A DNA stretch of 63,995 bases, counting the filler, from Hyphochytrium catenoides (taxonomy: Eukaryota; Protista; Hyphochytriomycota), in assembly GCA_900088475.1 (NCBI GenBank). It is 6 parts of 6 records of this genome, joined end to end, with 100 filler letters (N's around TTAATTAATTAA, not from the genome) between each part and the next. Parts side by side here need not be neighbours in the genome. Positions count along the whole stretch, not along the records: positions 35,122 to 47,155 come from FLMG01004083.1; positions 47,256 to 59,048 come from FLMG01001234.1; 4 more parts are not named here. The stretch is one strand, 5' to 3'. Below are positions 37,107 through 49,316 of this stretch, in pieces. The notes under the pieces were generated by a model. That model was not told the DNA's origin and did no database searches. It saw only the letters and a list, made by a program, of their open reading frames with translations. Position 1 is the first letter of the stretch, and every line of letters starts with the position of its first letter. A program made the translations under genes and the position numbers.

Positions 37107-37799
37107 ATCCTCTTGATCGTGCCTCACCTAGGACACTGTGCTCTCTAGAAGCCCTCAACCCATGCGCCGCTTGACTTTACCTCTCCATAGCCAGCGCTGC
37201 GGTTCTTCCTTTCAGCGCCACAGAGGATTGCCTTCCCCCAGCTCAATCCTCTCTCTGGCGCCTCCGGTGCTGCTTAGGATGGCGCTGCCTCTCTGCAGGA
37301 GCTGATGTCTGGCCCTCGGGCCTTGAGACCAACGCGATCTGAGGCTCGAATCCAAAGGCAGCGTCCATCAGGAAGGAAAGGACCTTACCATCATGGGGAG
37401 ACACGAGGGGAGGAACAGAGAAAGAGGAGCACGAGATCTGGATCAACAGTGATTTCCAGTTAGGGAAGAGAGACAGAGTTTGTTTAGAGAGAGAGAGAGA
37501 GAGACAGAGCGTCATGGCCGCGTAATAGGGACAGTCGCGTTCTTGCTAGATGAGCAAGCTGCCTTCAGGCCCAAATGGTCCTAACCTGAAGGTAAAGCCG
37601 TTACAAGTAGATTGACAAACACTGTATGTCAATTGTCACGAGCTTCTCGGTGAAGAATCGGTGTTAATTGACAATTTCTCCCAAATTTACCCCATACCCA
37701 CTTGCGCACACTTTGTGAATTTATATCCAACTTTACAAAGACAGCAAATGTGCCAACAATGCGGTGCTATCTAGAACTTTCTATCAACAACCAGATGAT

Positions 37800-39350
37800 G
37801 GGAAGTAAATGATGATCTTCTCTGTACATTCTTAGGGGAAGAAGTGGCAGACGGGAAGGAAGTGAGCGGAGCTCTCTAAAAGTATAAGTACTTCATCATC
37901 TTCTTGCAAGCGAAGAGAGAGCTCCTCCTGTCTGCTTCAAGAATGTACAGCATTGCTACCAGCATAGTACATTAACAGTGCAAGTGACTTTGGAGGGGAG
38001 TGATAAGAACGTCCGCGGTTGTTGATGGCGGAAGAGGATTGACTTTCTAGGCTTCAGAGGTTTAGGCAACGAAAGTGCGGCGGGCGTTTGGCCAAAGAGA
38101 CGCATACCACGTTCTGTTCCAGTAGTGCCGTGCACTTGGTCTCATTAGGTTGTATATCGCCAAGCGAGTACAACTGTGTGTAGTAGACATTGAACCTCAA
38201 TGAGAAGTCTTATCAATGACAAGCACTTCTCTCAATACGTTCCGTTCGTCACTCAATTGTCATCCTAAAGTAAAGGGATGCTGCCAGATGCCAAAGCCCA
38301 TTCCTGCCGTAACAGAGCTCCAACCGCACTCTCCAAAAGAAGGCATCTACAGAAAACTGCAATAATGAACCCATAATAATTGATAGGTGAAGGACAATCG
38401 GTTAAAAAAATAGACGCCAGACAAACAATTTGGAAGTAACAGCTTAGCTGAAAAGGCAACAACAAAGGTTTTCTTTATAAAGAACTTGATCATTGTCCCC
38501 GCTACGTTTTGAAAAGCAAGTCTTCCGCTAGCTAAAGTGCGACGTTTTCTTTACCAACTTGCTAACAAGTATTTCCGACTCCCTAGCTAAGCGATGCCGC
38601 GTCATGTACAGTTTAAGCGCGTATGATGTATGGGAAAGGAAGAGAGACTGCTCCACAAACACTACATCTGGAGATGGATCCAGAAAGAAGCATGCAGTCA
38701 TGATGTCGTCTCTTCTCCTGGCGGCTGCGCCAGCTCACAGCCAGTCAATTTGGGTGACAAGCTGCAAGCAGACGCAAGAAGAAGGCTGCTCCATCACTAC
38801 GAACGTTTGGATGATCGTAGGTTATTACGGCCCAACACGTTGTGTTGTACATGCAAAGCTCAAAGTTCCTGCTGGAAGGCAAGAAGACACTCTTGAAAGA
38901 GAAGAAGAGAATCGCTTTGAGATCAAATACAGCGGTAGTATTCAAGAGCAGACAGTTAGCAGCTATTTAGCAGAATGGAAGACCGCCGATAGCTCAAGAA
39001 GAAGATCTTTCTCTATTATTGTTACAATCGAACATGCCTTGCATTAGCAGAACCTGGCAGACAACAGGAAGAGACCCTTTCTCTTGTCACCACTTATACC
39101 ATAGACTTTTATACCCAATGATGGCTAATAAGAAGTTCGATGATGGATGCCTTCAAGAATGGAGCTTCCTTCCAGGCTGCGAAGGCAGAGTTCATCCGCA
39201 TAGTATGGAAGGGGCTCCCAAGGTTCCAAGTGTATATCTCGTTAGTTAGCTGGTCGTAGAGTTACATACATAAGACGCCCTTCGAACGGAATAAACTTTC
39301 CATGAGGCCACAGCAACCAAGGTCAAGGTTGTGCTTGAGATGATCTCAAT
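37800..39350 (+). mobile_element. Possible decayed transposon or pseudogene sequence, family not assigned
   Basis: Microsatellite-free, high-complexity DNA with overlapping broken ORFs (38559-39249) and no intact gene. No diagnostic motif recognised. Confidence 0.3.
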
Positions 39351-41179
39351 AGTTTTATACCTTGTCTCCCTCGCTCTGTCTCGCTTTGCTCGCCGTCTCG
39401 TTCTCCAAGCTCCTCCAAAAGATCTGGGATAGAGTGCAGATCTGGAGACCTCTGCAGGCTTTTAACAGTGCACTTGGAGCTTCGCTCTGATTGGCGGCAA
39501 GGGCAGAGTCATCACTCTTTTTATTGGGCACAGGACTAATACGCCCACCCATCCTTTCCTCTACCAATGGATTATGCTGGACGGGGAGGGCGATGCGGTG
39601 GATGGGATATGTGGATAAAACCACATACTAATCCAAAAAAACAGAGCCAGTCATCAGTTAGCAACTACCCGAGAATAGCATCTCGTAAGGATCTTCTTAC
39701 GAATATAAGGGCTTTCTTCAAAACGTGAACCCACCGCAAGCCATGAGACCTATTTTGATAACGTTAATAAGTATATATATCTAAAATTGAGGGTAGGAAG
39801 ACCTAAAAATACTGCCACACAATCCCACCCCCTACCTCCTGGCCTCCTTAGAAGGCCTTGCGGGTTAGGTCTAGGGGTGGGTAGGACTTTTTTGGGTATC
39901 TACCAGTCCAATTTAGCCTCCTGAAACAAACAGGCACGAAAGTTATATTGGTTATAGGTTTCACGGTATGTGTCCAACCCTAAGTAGACTGTAAGAAATA
40001 AACAAACCAATATTTCACCCCCGGTCTTTTTGGAAGTGGCCATTTTATTGACGCCAGAATGAAAGGAGTCTGGCCAATTTTCCCACTTTGCTTCCTCTTC
40101 AACAACACGACTCGTAAAGCCCAACATCTTAGACGTAACCACTAAGATTTATTGGGTTGAAGTAGGTGCAGCTGTCCAGCAATATATCTGTAACATTTGT
40201 AAGGGAAAGGCGACGTCCTTTATAAACGCTAGCACTCTTGGTAGTACCGTAGTACTGTATGTACATTAAGAGATTGCTCTCTGTTTAGAAGAAAGCCTAA
40301 GGTTTTGCCCCTTCAACATCTTCCCTAAGCTTGTTGGTCCGATGCGCGCTGTGTATGTTGGACACAGACACAAGGGCAGCGCACATTCAGAGGCGTACTA
40401 TTTTGACAAAGCCAGTAGATGTGGCTAAAGAGTGGATCTAAGGTAAGGATTACTACTCGGGTATGACGATGTTGTGATGGATTGTCCTGTCATCTCTAAT
40501 AAGATTTGGGGCAGCGAGGCAAAAGCCAGAGCCAGAGGGTGCAGTGACAGAGTGAGGATGAGAGATGACTCTTGATGGCAGGGAGTCAAATGAGAGCCAA
40601 GACGATAATGACTTAGGCCTATGTGTTAGCTTGAAGAGATAGGACTAGATGCTCACCAGATCTAGAGATAGATGTGGGCGGAGAAGAAAGGAGGAAGAAG
40701 CTAGATAAATGGACAGATGTAAAAGGCCATTTTCCCTCATTTCCCTCCAGCTTTATGTGCCTGGTTTGATTTCTCTCATCCATTACCATGCACTCTCACA
40801 AGTAGTGATTGCCAACTCTGTCTTGCGTCTTACAAGTGTATAACATGAACTGAAAAATATCTTCATACCCATTAAGCCTTTTGTGTCGCTCTTTCTTCAA
40901 CGTTTCTGCCTCTTGCCCACTCTGTCTCCCTTTTGTACTCCCACGGTCTTGATCACCTCACAAACACCACATCATTGCTCTAATTCAATTACTGCCTAGA
41001 CATCCGCCGGACACCGATGACTTTATATAGAGGGTGGATTGTAATTACCTGATAGTACGCCGCATTCCACTCCTTGATTTTTTTGTGCAGAAGTGTTTGC
41101 CTCTGGATTGCGGACTTGAGGACTCTTCGAGGTGAAGGACAGGAAGACAGATTTACAGCTGCACACTTTCTGCTCTCTT

Positions 41180-41229
<50 letters not shown>

Positions 41230-42191
41230 CCTCTCTCTTTTGGTCTCTCTCTTTCTCTCGCTTTCTCACTCCCTCTCTCGTTCTCACTTTATCTCTCTCT
41301 CTTTCTCTGTCTCACACACTCTCTCTCTCTCTCTTTCTTTTTCTCTCTTCCTCCAAAGCAACCCACTGTTTCTCCGTCGTTTTCTCTCTCTCTCTCTCTC
41401 CTTCTCACTGTCCATCTCTTTCCTCCCTTGTCCTCCCCTCCATGGTTGCATCCCAAGCCATAGACCGACGACCTCGTACTCTGATGATATAGAGGAAAGG
41501 AAAGAAAGGCGCTCCTTTCTGCGAGCAGGAGGGGAGCAGAGAGAGAAACGGAGGGAGAAAGAGAGAGAGAGCGAAAGAGAGAAACTAGGAGAAGGGAGGA
41601 GGAACAGAGAAACGAGGAAGAGCCCCCAGCGACCTGCTAAAGAGAAAAGAGAGAAAGTCCTAAGTGTCCCATTTCTCGCCGCGAAGCTGAAGCTCCAGGT
41701 CGAGATCGCGCATCATCATCGTCGCATCATCAGAACGCTGTCAGTTCCACATTTGCCTCATCTGAACACACAGCCAACATTACCTTAGAACGAGAGAGAG
41801 AGAGAGAGAGAGAGAAAGAAAGAGTCAACCATCAGTGATCACCCGCACGACGCGACTCCGCTGGCCTCGATTGTATCCAGAAGCCGAAGGAGATAAAGAG
41901 ACGCTGCAATCTTCTCTTCTTTTCTCAGCTCGGCGCTCCTCTCCTGCTGCTACAGAGAGCAACTTACACCTCTTTCTCTTTGATCTCTCTCTTGCGCGCT
42001 TATCAGCGCTTCAACGTCACATCGTCGCTTCTCTCAACTCATGGAGAACGAGAAAAGAATGCATTAGCACTTGGCATTCTCCCATCTAAAAGGAGCTTGA
42101 AGAGCCGCGTGTGAGACATCAACGCCTGCTTGTCCCTCCATCGTCACGTCTAGAGACCGACAGCCTTGTCTCTTCCTCTCCTTCCGAAAGG

Positions 42192-42509
42192 ATGACCTGC
42201 TCTCAAATAGAAAGAAGATCAAAATCTCAGATCCAGTCTCTCTCTCTCGTTGAGAGAGACAATGCCAAATCTCACGCTTTTTCCAAGCCTCGGATTATCA
42301 TACATCGGAAGCCTCTGTCTCAATGCAAGTCACGCTCGTCCTATACTCCGTCTCTCCCGCCTGTACCGGAAGACACAGTGTTACGACAGGGAAAGGTACC
42401 TCAGAGCCCTGGATCTTCTGCCTCCTACGAGGCAATCTTCGTCCCTCCCGGATACACTCTCTGCAGATCCGTGCAACAAAGACTGGCTACTATGCAGTCG
42501 TCCCACTGA
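42192..42509 (+). CDS. Hypothetical small protein
   Basis: ATG-initiated ORF in high-complexity sequence (SYTPSLPPVPED). No recognisable domain. Confidence 0.3.
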   Translation: MTCSQIERRSKSQIQSLSLVERDNAKSHAFSKPRIIIHRKPLSQCKSRSSYTPSLPPVPEDTVLRQGKVPQSPGSSASYEAIFVPPGYTLCRSVQQRLATMQSSH

Positions 42510-43030
42510 GAGAGAGAGAGAGACTCTTCGTTTTTGTCACGAAGTCAAGGATCTCTCTCCTTCCCGCCCTGGATATAGAAGAAAAGGAGAGAGGTGACAA
42601 ACGAGCTAGTCCGCTGTCATTGTCTTCTCTCCTTCATGTGCGGCTATGGACATCAACAGATCCAGCGCTGTTACTTCCAGAACTTGTCACTTCGATTCTT
42701 TGTGTTCTTTTATAAGTTTATGTCTCTTCCGTCGTTTGTCTCTTTCATCTTTCTCTCTGTGTGTCTCTCCCTATGGTACCGTCTTTGGATTTCCACCGAG
42801 GTGGGAGGAGACGGGCATAGAGCTAGAGAGCCGGTGGTGTCTTGGCTTTATGATGGCACCTGTAGGTGCCTCTGTACTTTTAGACCATTGTAGCATAACC
42901 TGTATAGTACAAGATACTCTTTGACCTCTGAGCTACTAGATCAATCTTGCACCTCTCGCCCGTCGATAGTCCTGTCTTTCCTGTCTATCTGGCTTTTGAT
43001 GCCTTGTGCTGAGAGGCTTAGTGCAGTATG

Positions 43031-45772
43031 TCAGGATACGCTTTTCTCTCTCTCTCTCCCGCTCCCTCTCTCTCTTTCACTTCCTTCTATCTTGGTCGGC
43101 TCCGTACTTAGCAAGGTAATGACGACCTTGTCATGGCAGCCTTGGAAGAGCATGTCTCCTTCATAAATAACCTTGTTTCTCTTCTTTGCTCTCAGCAAGA
43201 TGCCTACCAGAGTGTCAGAGATGTCTTGATACAAGTAGAATAACTCTCCAAACGTAATGGAAGCTATGCCCTGCAGTGAGAGAGAGGATAGAGGTGAAAG
43301 TTAGGAGTCGGCTGCCATCGATGTAGCGCTCGCTGATTCAATAATGTTAAAAAGTAAGAGGCAAAGAAGGAAAGTTGAAGGAAGAACAGACAGCGAGGAC
43401 GTAGAAAAAAGAAAAAAGAGAGGTGGGGACTTCCGGGAGCAAGAGAGACAGATAATTCCAGAGAGAGGGAAATCCAGAGAGAGGGAAATCCAGAGAGAGG
43501 GACAGAAGGAAGAAGAGAAGAGACACATATATACACCGAAGATCAAGAAGAGACCGGAGGCAAAAAGAAACAGAGAAAAGACAAGGCAGGGCAACGAATT
43601 CCTTCGGCATGCTCCGACATCTTACCTCGCCTTCTGGCTTTCTCCCTTGATCTCTGATGATATATAGAAGCTTTTGCATCTGCTCTTCCACCCACATCTG
43701 CGCTCTCTCCGCTCGTTGCGCGCTGAGAGAGCCTTCCTCTGGCCTACCGTAAGTTGAGCTTCTGTCCCTCTCCCATTCTTCTCTTTCTCTCCGTATTTCT
43801 GTCTTGGCGAGTGAAGGGTCGAAATGCTTAGAGAAAGGATTAGTCTTCGTCGACTTGATAACGTCAGCTGCCCGCCGCTCCCACAGCTTTTTAAGCTCTG
43901 CTGTCTGAGAAGGCCCGATCAACTCCTTCTTGGATGGTGGAGAGAGGTGGCAAGACGAAGGTAGGGGAGGGGAGAAAGAGGAAGGTGGGCAGGGACTAGG
44001 GGAAAGATCCGTTGAAGAACAGTCCGCACCACCCAGCAGATGTTCGTCCTTCTGGATCGTCTTCTTCTTTTCTTCTTCAAAGGTTGAAGGCGACACTGGA
44101 CGGCGACATGGACTCACTGGAGGAGGAAGAGGTGCTGCAAAGGTAGAAATGGTAGAGGACGAAGGAGACAGAGGCGGCGGAGGACAGAAAGCGAGAGAAG
44201 AGTCAACACCGCAGGTAGCTTCATTGCTCTCAACATCTAAGCTACTAGCCGAGCCTGGTGTGAACGACGTGGAAAGAGGGTACTCCGTCTTGATCTCTTT
44301 TGTCTCCCCGTCTTCGTCGTCCCCGAACGCCCCTCTTCTGGTTCGTTCTTCTCCATTCTTTTTAGTGCTTTTGCTTTCTTGCTCTCCATTTCTTCTCTCA
44401 GCGGTCTGCACGTCAGACGACGCTGATGTAATAGAGGGACCTCCGGAAAGAGGGTCATCTCTTGGTACTGGTGTATTGGTGACGGTCACCGAGTCGGTAC
44501 GAGATGAGGAAGACGATGGACCGGATGGCAGTAGACCAGGAGAATAGAGAGTCTGGACAGGGGTTTCTCCAGCCGAAGGAGCAGAGGATGGTGTTCCAAC
44601 ATCTTCTTCTTTCCTAAGCTCTCCTACATTCAGCATCTTGACGTCTGCATACTGAAGGGCGACATTCTGCTCCTCAGTATGGAGACGGCGTATGACTCCA
44701 GCAATTGTGTGCATCCAAAACATCTTTTGCTCAGCATTGCAAGCCGCGAGGTAGTAAGTGGTGGTCTCTAGATCGGATACCTAGCAAAAGGGAAGGCCAA
44801 GCCAACAGAGAGTGCTTGTTTATTGAGTATCTGTGAGCTCTCCAGACGGAGAGGAGGCTGCAAAGAAGGTAAGGACGGCGAAACAGGTGCAAAGAGAAGA
44901 AGAACCTTTTACTTAGGATGACAGCAGGCATACGTTAGCAAGACATTTGGGACTAGGGAGCCACAGATTGCCATGTCCTTTCGAGAAAGTCAAGGCAAGC
45001 GGAAGTGAGAGGATGAGATTTCGGTCACTTGTAAGACAGAGAAAAAGAGACAGTGTTGGAGCGGACAGAGAGAGAGCTATAATAAAAGACAGAGGGGGAA
45101 GAAGGGACAGCGTCCAGAGACGGCTTACCTGGAAAGCATATTTTCTCAAGGTGGAGTCTCCTACGAAGAACTCTGTAGAGAGCTGCATGACTCCTTTGGG
45201 CACTTTGGCTCCTTTCTTGGTGAAGTAGTAGAGGGAAGCATTAGGATAGAGAACAAAGTACCGCTGCTTCCAGTTGATGCCACTCTTTATTGCTCTCTAC
45301 ATAGCCAACAGTGGGAAGAAGGAAAGAGCGCGGAGAAGCTGTCAGAAGAAAGACCTCACAGGTCATATTCTATGCGCAAGTGGAGCTCTTGGTTGACTGT
45401 CAGGAGGTCACGGTTACCGCCCATCATCTCTGGACAGTCACCCTGGTCAAAAATACTCTCAATCTATGAGTGTGACCTCCCTTCCCTCCCTTCCTCACCC
45501 TTTTGCGCTCATCAGGAAGAAGCACTCCTCTTTCTCTCCCTGTGGTGCTTTGCTCTCGCTAAGACCGTCTGCCTTCTGACTGTCAGACCTTCCCAGATCG
45601 TTCAGTTGCTGATGGAAAGTAGTAGTAGAAGGCTCATGACCCGCGACGGAAGGGTCCACCAGCCAGATTGTGGACCTCGACCCACCTTCAGCAGGTAGCC
45701 TTCGATCACCGGCTTGTCTGAGGATTTAGTGATTGGAGTCATGCCTTCTTGGCCCTTGGTCTTCGCTATCAT
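43031..45772 (-). CDS. PH domain + Costars/ABRA(STARS)-like protein, 4 exons, about 549 aa
   Basis: Exons 45772-45686 (..VIEGYLLK), 45296-45129 (RAIKSGINWKQRYFVL..LYYF..PKGVMQL..YAFQ), 44780-43626 (YYLAACNAEQKMFWMHTI..NPFS..YGRPEEGSLSAQRA) and 43270-43031 (ITFGELFYLYQDISDTLVGILLRAKKRNKVIYEGDMLFQGCHDKVVITLL). All introns are phase 0 and GT-AG. Confidence 0.9.
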
Positions 45773-46604
45773 CGATCGACAGGCTGCAACTGGCGTGTAT
45801 CAGAACCCAGCTGGTGGAAGAACGACAAACAAAAAGCCCATCAGCAGGAGGAGGAGCGCCTTTGCTCGAGCTTCAACAACCTCACAATCAGGTTCCTTTC
45901 GTCGTGAGCCTACTCTTCTTATGGCAGAGATGAAGGCGTTGTTGGGATGCGGGATGATGGGAGAGACGGGGAGAGAGAGACAACAAGAAGAGATAAGAGA
46001 CGGACAGAGCTAAAAATAGGGAACTCCGAGCTTCACTAAAAGACGCGAACGAAGGCGAGAAAATATTGCACAGCAATAATCGCCAGACACAGGTCAGAAC
46101 CAGATCCATAGCTTGCGTTTGTAAGCTAAACACTGACCATAAACCATATAACAAACACCAAACGCAAGGCAATATCAAACCCACTACTCTCTCCGGCGGC
46201 GCTACTACTGATGGAAGTGTTTGATCATTTGGAGCGCCAACACACGCAAACACTGAGATCATCACAAGGCAAAAAAATTGGGGCACGGGAAATTCACCTA
46301 GTGCCCAAATCACCAAGGTATTATCAATAATGTAGAAGTGATTCATCACTTGCCTCGGATGACGACGTAGACTAATCATCGTCCTCCTCCCTCCTTCTGT
46401 CAAACGACCCCTTCATCTTCATCATGATGGTGGTGGTGCTACTCTTTCTGATTGCCAAATGTCGTATTATAACATCACCACGTCCCTTCTTTCTTTTCTG
46501 CTGAGTGATGACAACAAGAAGAAGGCGCTGCCGCTCTCCTCGGAGGAACGAACTCTTATTTACCGTTTTTTCTTCTAATAATATGCAATCAAAATTCAAA
46601 ATTC

Positions 46605-47155
46605 TTATATATCTAGAATTAACCCAGTTCGGTACTGTTGATCATCGCCTCCTCCACCCCTCAAATAATCAGCAATAAAATGATCATCAACAATCAACCC
46701 AGTTCGGTACTGCAGATCATCGCCTCCACCCCTATTATAATAATCAGCATCATCAACAATCAACCCAGTTCGGTACTGTAGATCATCGCCTCCACTACTG
46801 CTACTCGCAGCTTTGGTTAGGCATGAGTTGTCCCAGGCCCAGCATTTAGATTTGAACTTGCCCGCGTTACCGCTGGTCTGCACCGCGGCACTGGCCTCTA
46901 CTATAGAGCTCTGACCCCCCTTGTTCTCCTTCTGCAGCTGCAAGCTCAAGTAGAATATCGTACTCGGCGGGTTGGTTAGCTGCTGTTGGCTGGAGGAGAG
47001 AACCTTTGTGAGCTTGAGCTTTGGATCACTTCCGGATCTTTGCCGATTGTTATACATCCAAACCGCGTGTTTAGCTGCTGTCTCAACTTCGCCGCCCCCT
47101 GACGTCTGAGTGTTCTCATCACGTTTCGAGAGAGGAGAAGGTGTTGGCGTAGAAG
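46605..47155 (-). CDS. 5'-truncated ORF with a cystatin-like pattern and a C-terminal GGGDDLQYRTGL repeat
   Basis: Frame is open to the contig end: EVETAAKHAVWMYNNR..LKLTKVLSSSQQQL..FYLSLQL resembles the cystatin helix and beta strands. The QxVxG motif is degenerate. Confidence 0.45.
46620..46795. repeat. Minisatellite, 3 copies of a 66-75 nt unit
   Basis: AACCCAGTTCGGTACTG.AGATCATCGCCTCC occurs three times with related spacers. Confidence 0.9.
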
Positions 47156-47255
47156 NNNNNNNNNNNNNNNNNNNNNNNNNNNNNNNNNNNNNNNNNNNNT
47201 TAATTAATTAANNNNNNNNNNNNNNNNNNNNNNNNNNNNNNNNNNNNNNNNNNNN
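47156..47255. other. Artificial contig linker
   Basis: N44-TTAATTAATTAA-N44. Confidence 0.97.
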
Positions 47256-48320
47256 TCTCTCTCTCTCTCTCTCCCTCCGTCTCTCTCTCCCCGTCTTTCT
47301 ATTACCCTCACTAGGTCTATGCTGTCTTCCATGTGTCTTCTCTCTCCCTCTCTTTCTTGCTCTGTTGGCTGCTTTCCTTGCGCTCCCCTCTCTCTCTTCT
47401 GTCTTCCCTGTCGTCTTCCTGCTCTCTTTCTGGTCTTTCTTCCCCTCTTCTCCGCCCCCTTTCCTTCTTCTCTCTCTCTCGTTCTTTCTCTCTCGTTCTT
47501 TCTCTCTCTCTCTGTCTCTCTTTCTCCCTCCACTTTTTGTTCTCTCTCCACCTCTCAATATCAATTCCATTCTTCTTCGCTTTGTCTGTCTTCTCTGTTA
47601 TAAATCCGATGGAGAAAAGTGAATAATCCTTTCTATGATTGAATTGGCAGCTCAAATGAGAGTCTCTCCCCAATAATAGACAGAAAAGGAGAGTAAAGAA
47701 GAGGAGAAAAAGAGAAGAGAAGAGAAAGAAATGACTGAAAAAGACAGCTCAAGAAAGTCTCTCCAGTTTTAGGGAGAAAGGAAAGTGCGAGATGAGAGAG
47801 AAAAGTGAAAGAAGGAGAAAGAAAAGACAAAGGAAGATAAAGAAACAGAGAAAGGGAGAAAGAAGAGACTACTAATTGGAAGGTGAGAGGTAGAAGAGAG
47901 AGAGAGCGAGAAAGAAAGAGACATCCTACAAAGAGATCACAAGAAGAAAGGAAGGAGAAATTGTGATAAGCAGAGAGAAAGATAGATAAGAGAGAGCAAG
48001 AGAAAGAAGTCAAAAGAGCGAGGGAGGGAGAGAGAGCAAGAGAGAGAGAGAGAATGAAAGAGAGATACAGGACACGGAAGGAAACTGGCTCACAATCCGC
48101 CCAAAAGAGAAGACGAAGAAGAGGAAACGGTATGAAAGAAGAAGGGAAGAAGAAGAAGAACTGAGCTGCTAAGGAGAGGAGAATGAAAAGAAAGAAAAGA
48201 CAGCAATAAGAAGGAAGATCATGAAGAGTAGAAGAGAAGAGAGAAGTGTCGAGAGAAGAGAGAGGAGAGGAGACGGTCAACATTTATCTCATGCATGACT
48301 CCTCTCTATATTTACTGTTG

Positions 48321-49128
48321 GAGCAGTTGCTCAGATGAGGCGAATGTCTTGCAAGAGGTTGATTGGATGGTGTGATACCACCAAGAAGTCTCTGCTGGTA
48401 AATTGTTGAGTGAGATTGATCGCTGTTTCGATAGAACTGCTTGTTATTATTAGAGCTGGTGGCAGGCAGTACTGCTGTCTACAGATAGAAGAAGCAAGCG
48501 ATGAGAAGAAGGGGAAACAAACAGTAAGAAGGTGATAAGATGCTGTCAACAATGCGGACTTGACTCCTCCTGGGATGATGATGGTGTCGAAGGTGCCTGA
48601 CTGAGGCGCGAGCTCCTTCTCCTGGACAGCAGCATGTGATGATGATATGCCGAACCATTGTAGCTGCCAACCAACCAATCTGCTATAATACTCATCATGT
48701 TCGGTGACATTCTTCTTTCTACTCCTCCCACACTGATGAGTGTGAGAGTCCTCCTACTGCTCCAACACTTCCTCCCCTGACTCTTGCTGCGCTCTAATAC
48801 TCTGGAGGAGTAATGGTTCTGCCTACTAACTGCTGACAGAAGGTTAGGCGCCTCAGGCACCTTCGACACCATCATCCCAGGAGTCAAGAAGTCCACATTG
48901 TTGACAGCATCTTATCACCTTCTTACTGTTTGCCCTTCTTCTCATCGCTTGCTTCTATCTGTAGACAGCAGTACTGCCTGCCACCAGCTCTAATAATAAC
49001 AAGCAGTTCTTCTATCGAAACAGCGATCAATCTCACTCAACAATTTACCAGCAGAAGATAGTTCTTGGTATCAGACCAATCAACAACCTCTTGCAAGACA
49101 TTCGCCTCATCTGAGGAGCAACTCGCTC
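48321..49128. repeat. Long inverted repeat: arms 48321-48609 and 48848-49128, loop about 240 nt
   Basis: The arms are reverse complements over about 285 nt and differ mostly by small indels. Confidence 0.95.
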
Positions 49129-49284
49129 TATTTTTTGAACAGTGATGATGAGAGACAGAAGAAGAAGAAGAGAAAGAGGAGGAAGTGAGTACGTAACAAG
49201 AGTCTCTGGTGGACGAGAATGTATCAAAAGGAACAAGAAACATATTATTTTATAGAAGAAAAGAAAGAACGAGAGAGAGAGAAA

Positions 49285-49316
<32 letters not shown>

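Noticed and set aside
39822-39882. GC-rich hairpin as a Helitron or MITE end
   Set aside because: The stem is imperfect, with no supporting terminal motif or second copy.
40330-40470. Copia RNase H remnant (TILTKPV)
   Set aside because: The similarity is limited to a few residues.
46620-46795. CRISPR-like repeat-spacer array
   Set aside because: Only three units, the spacers resemble each other, the array lies in frame within an ORF, there are no cas genes, and the context is eukaryotic. It is a minisatellite.
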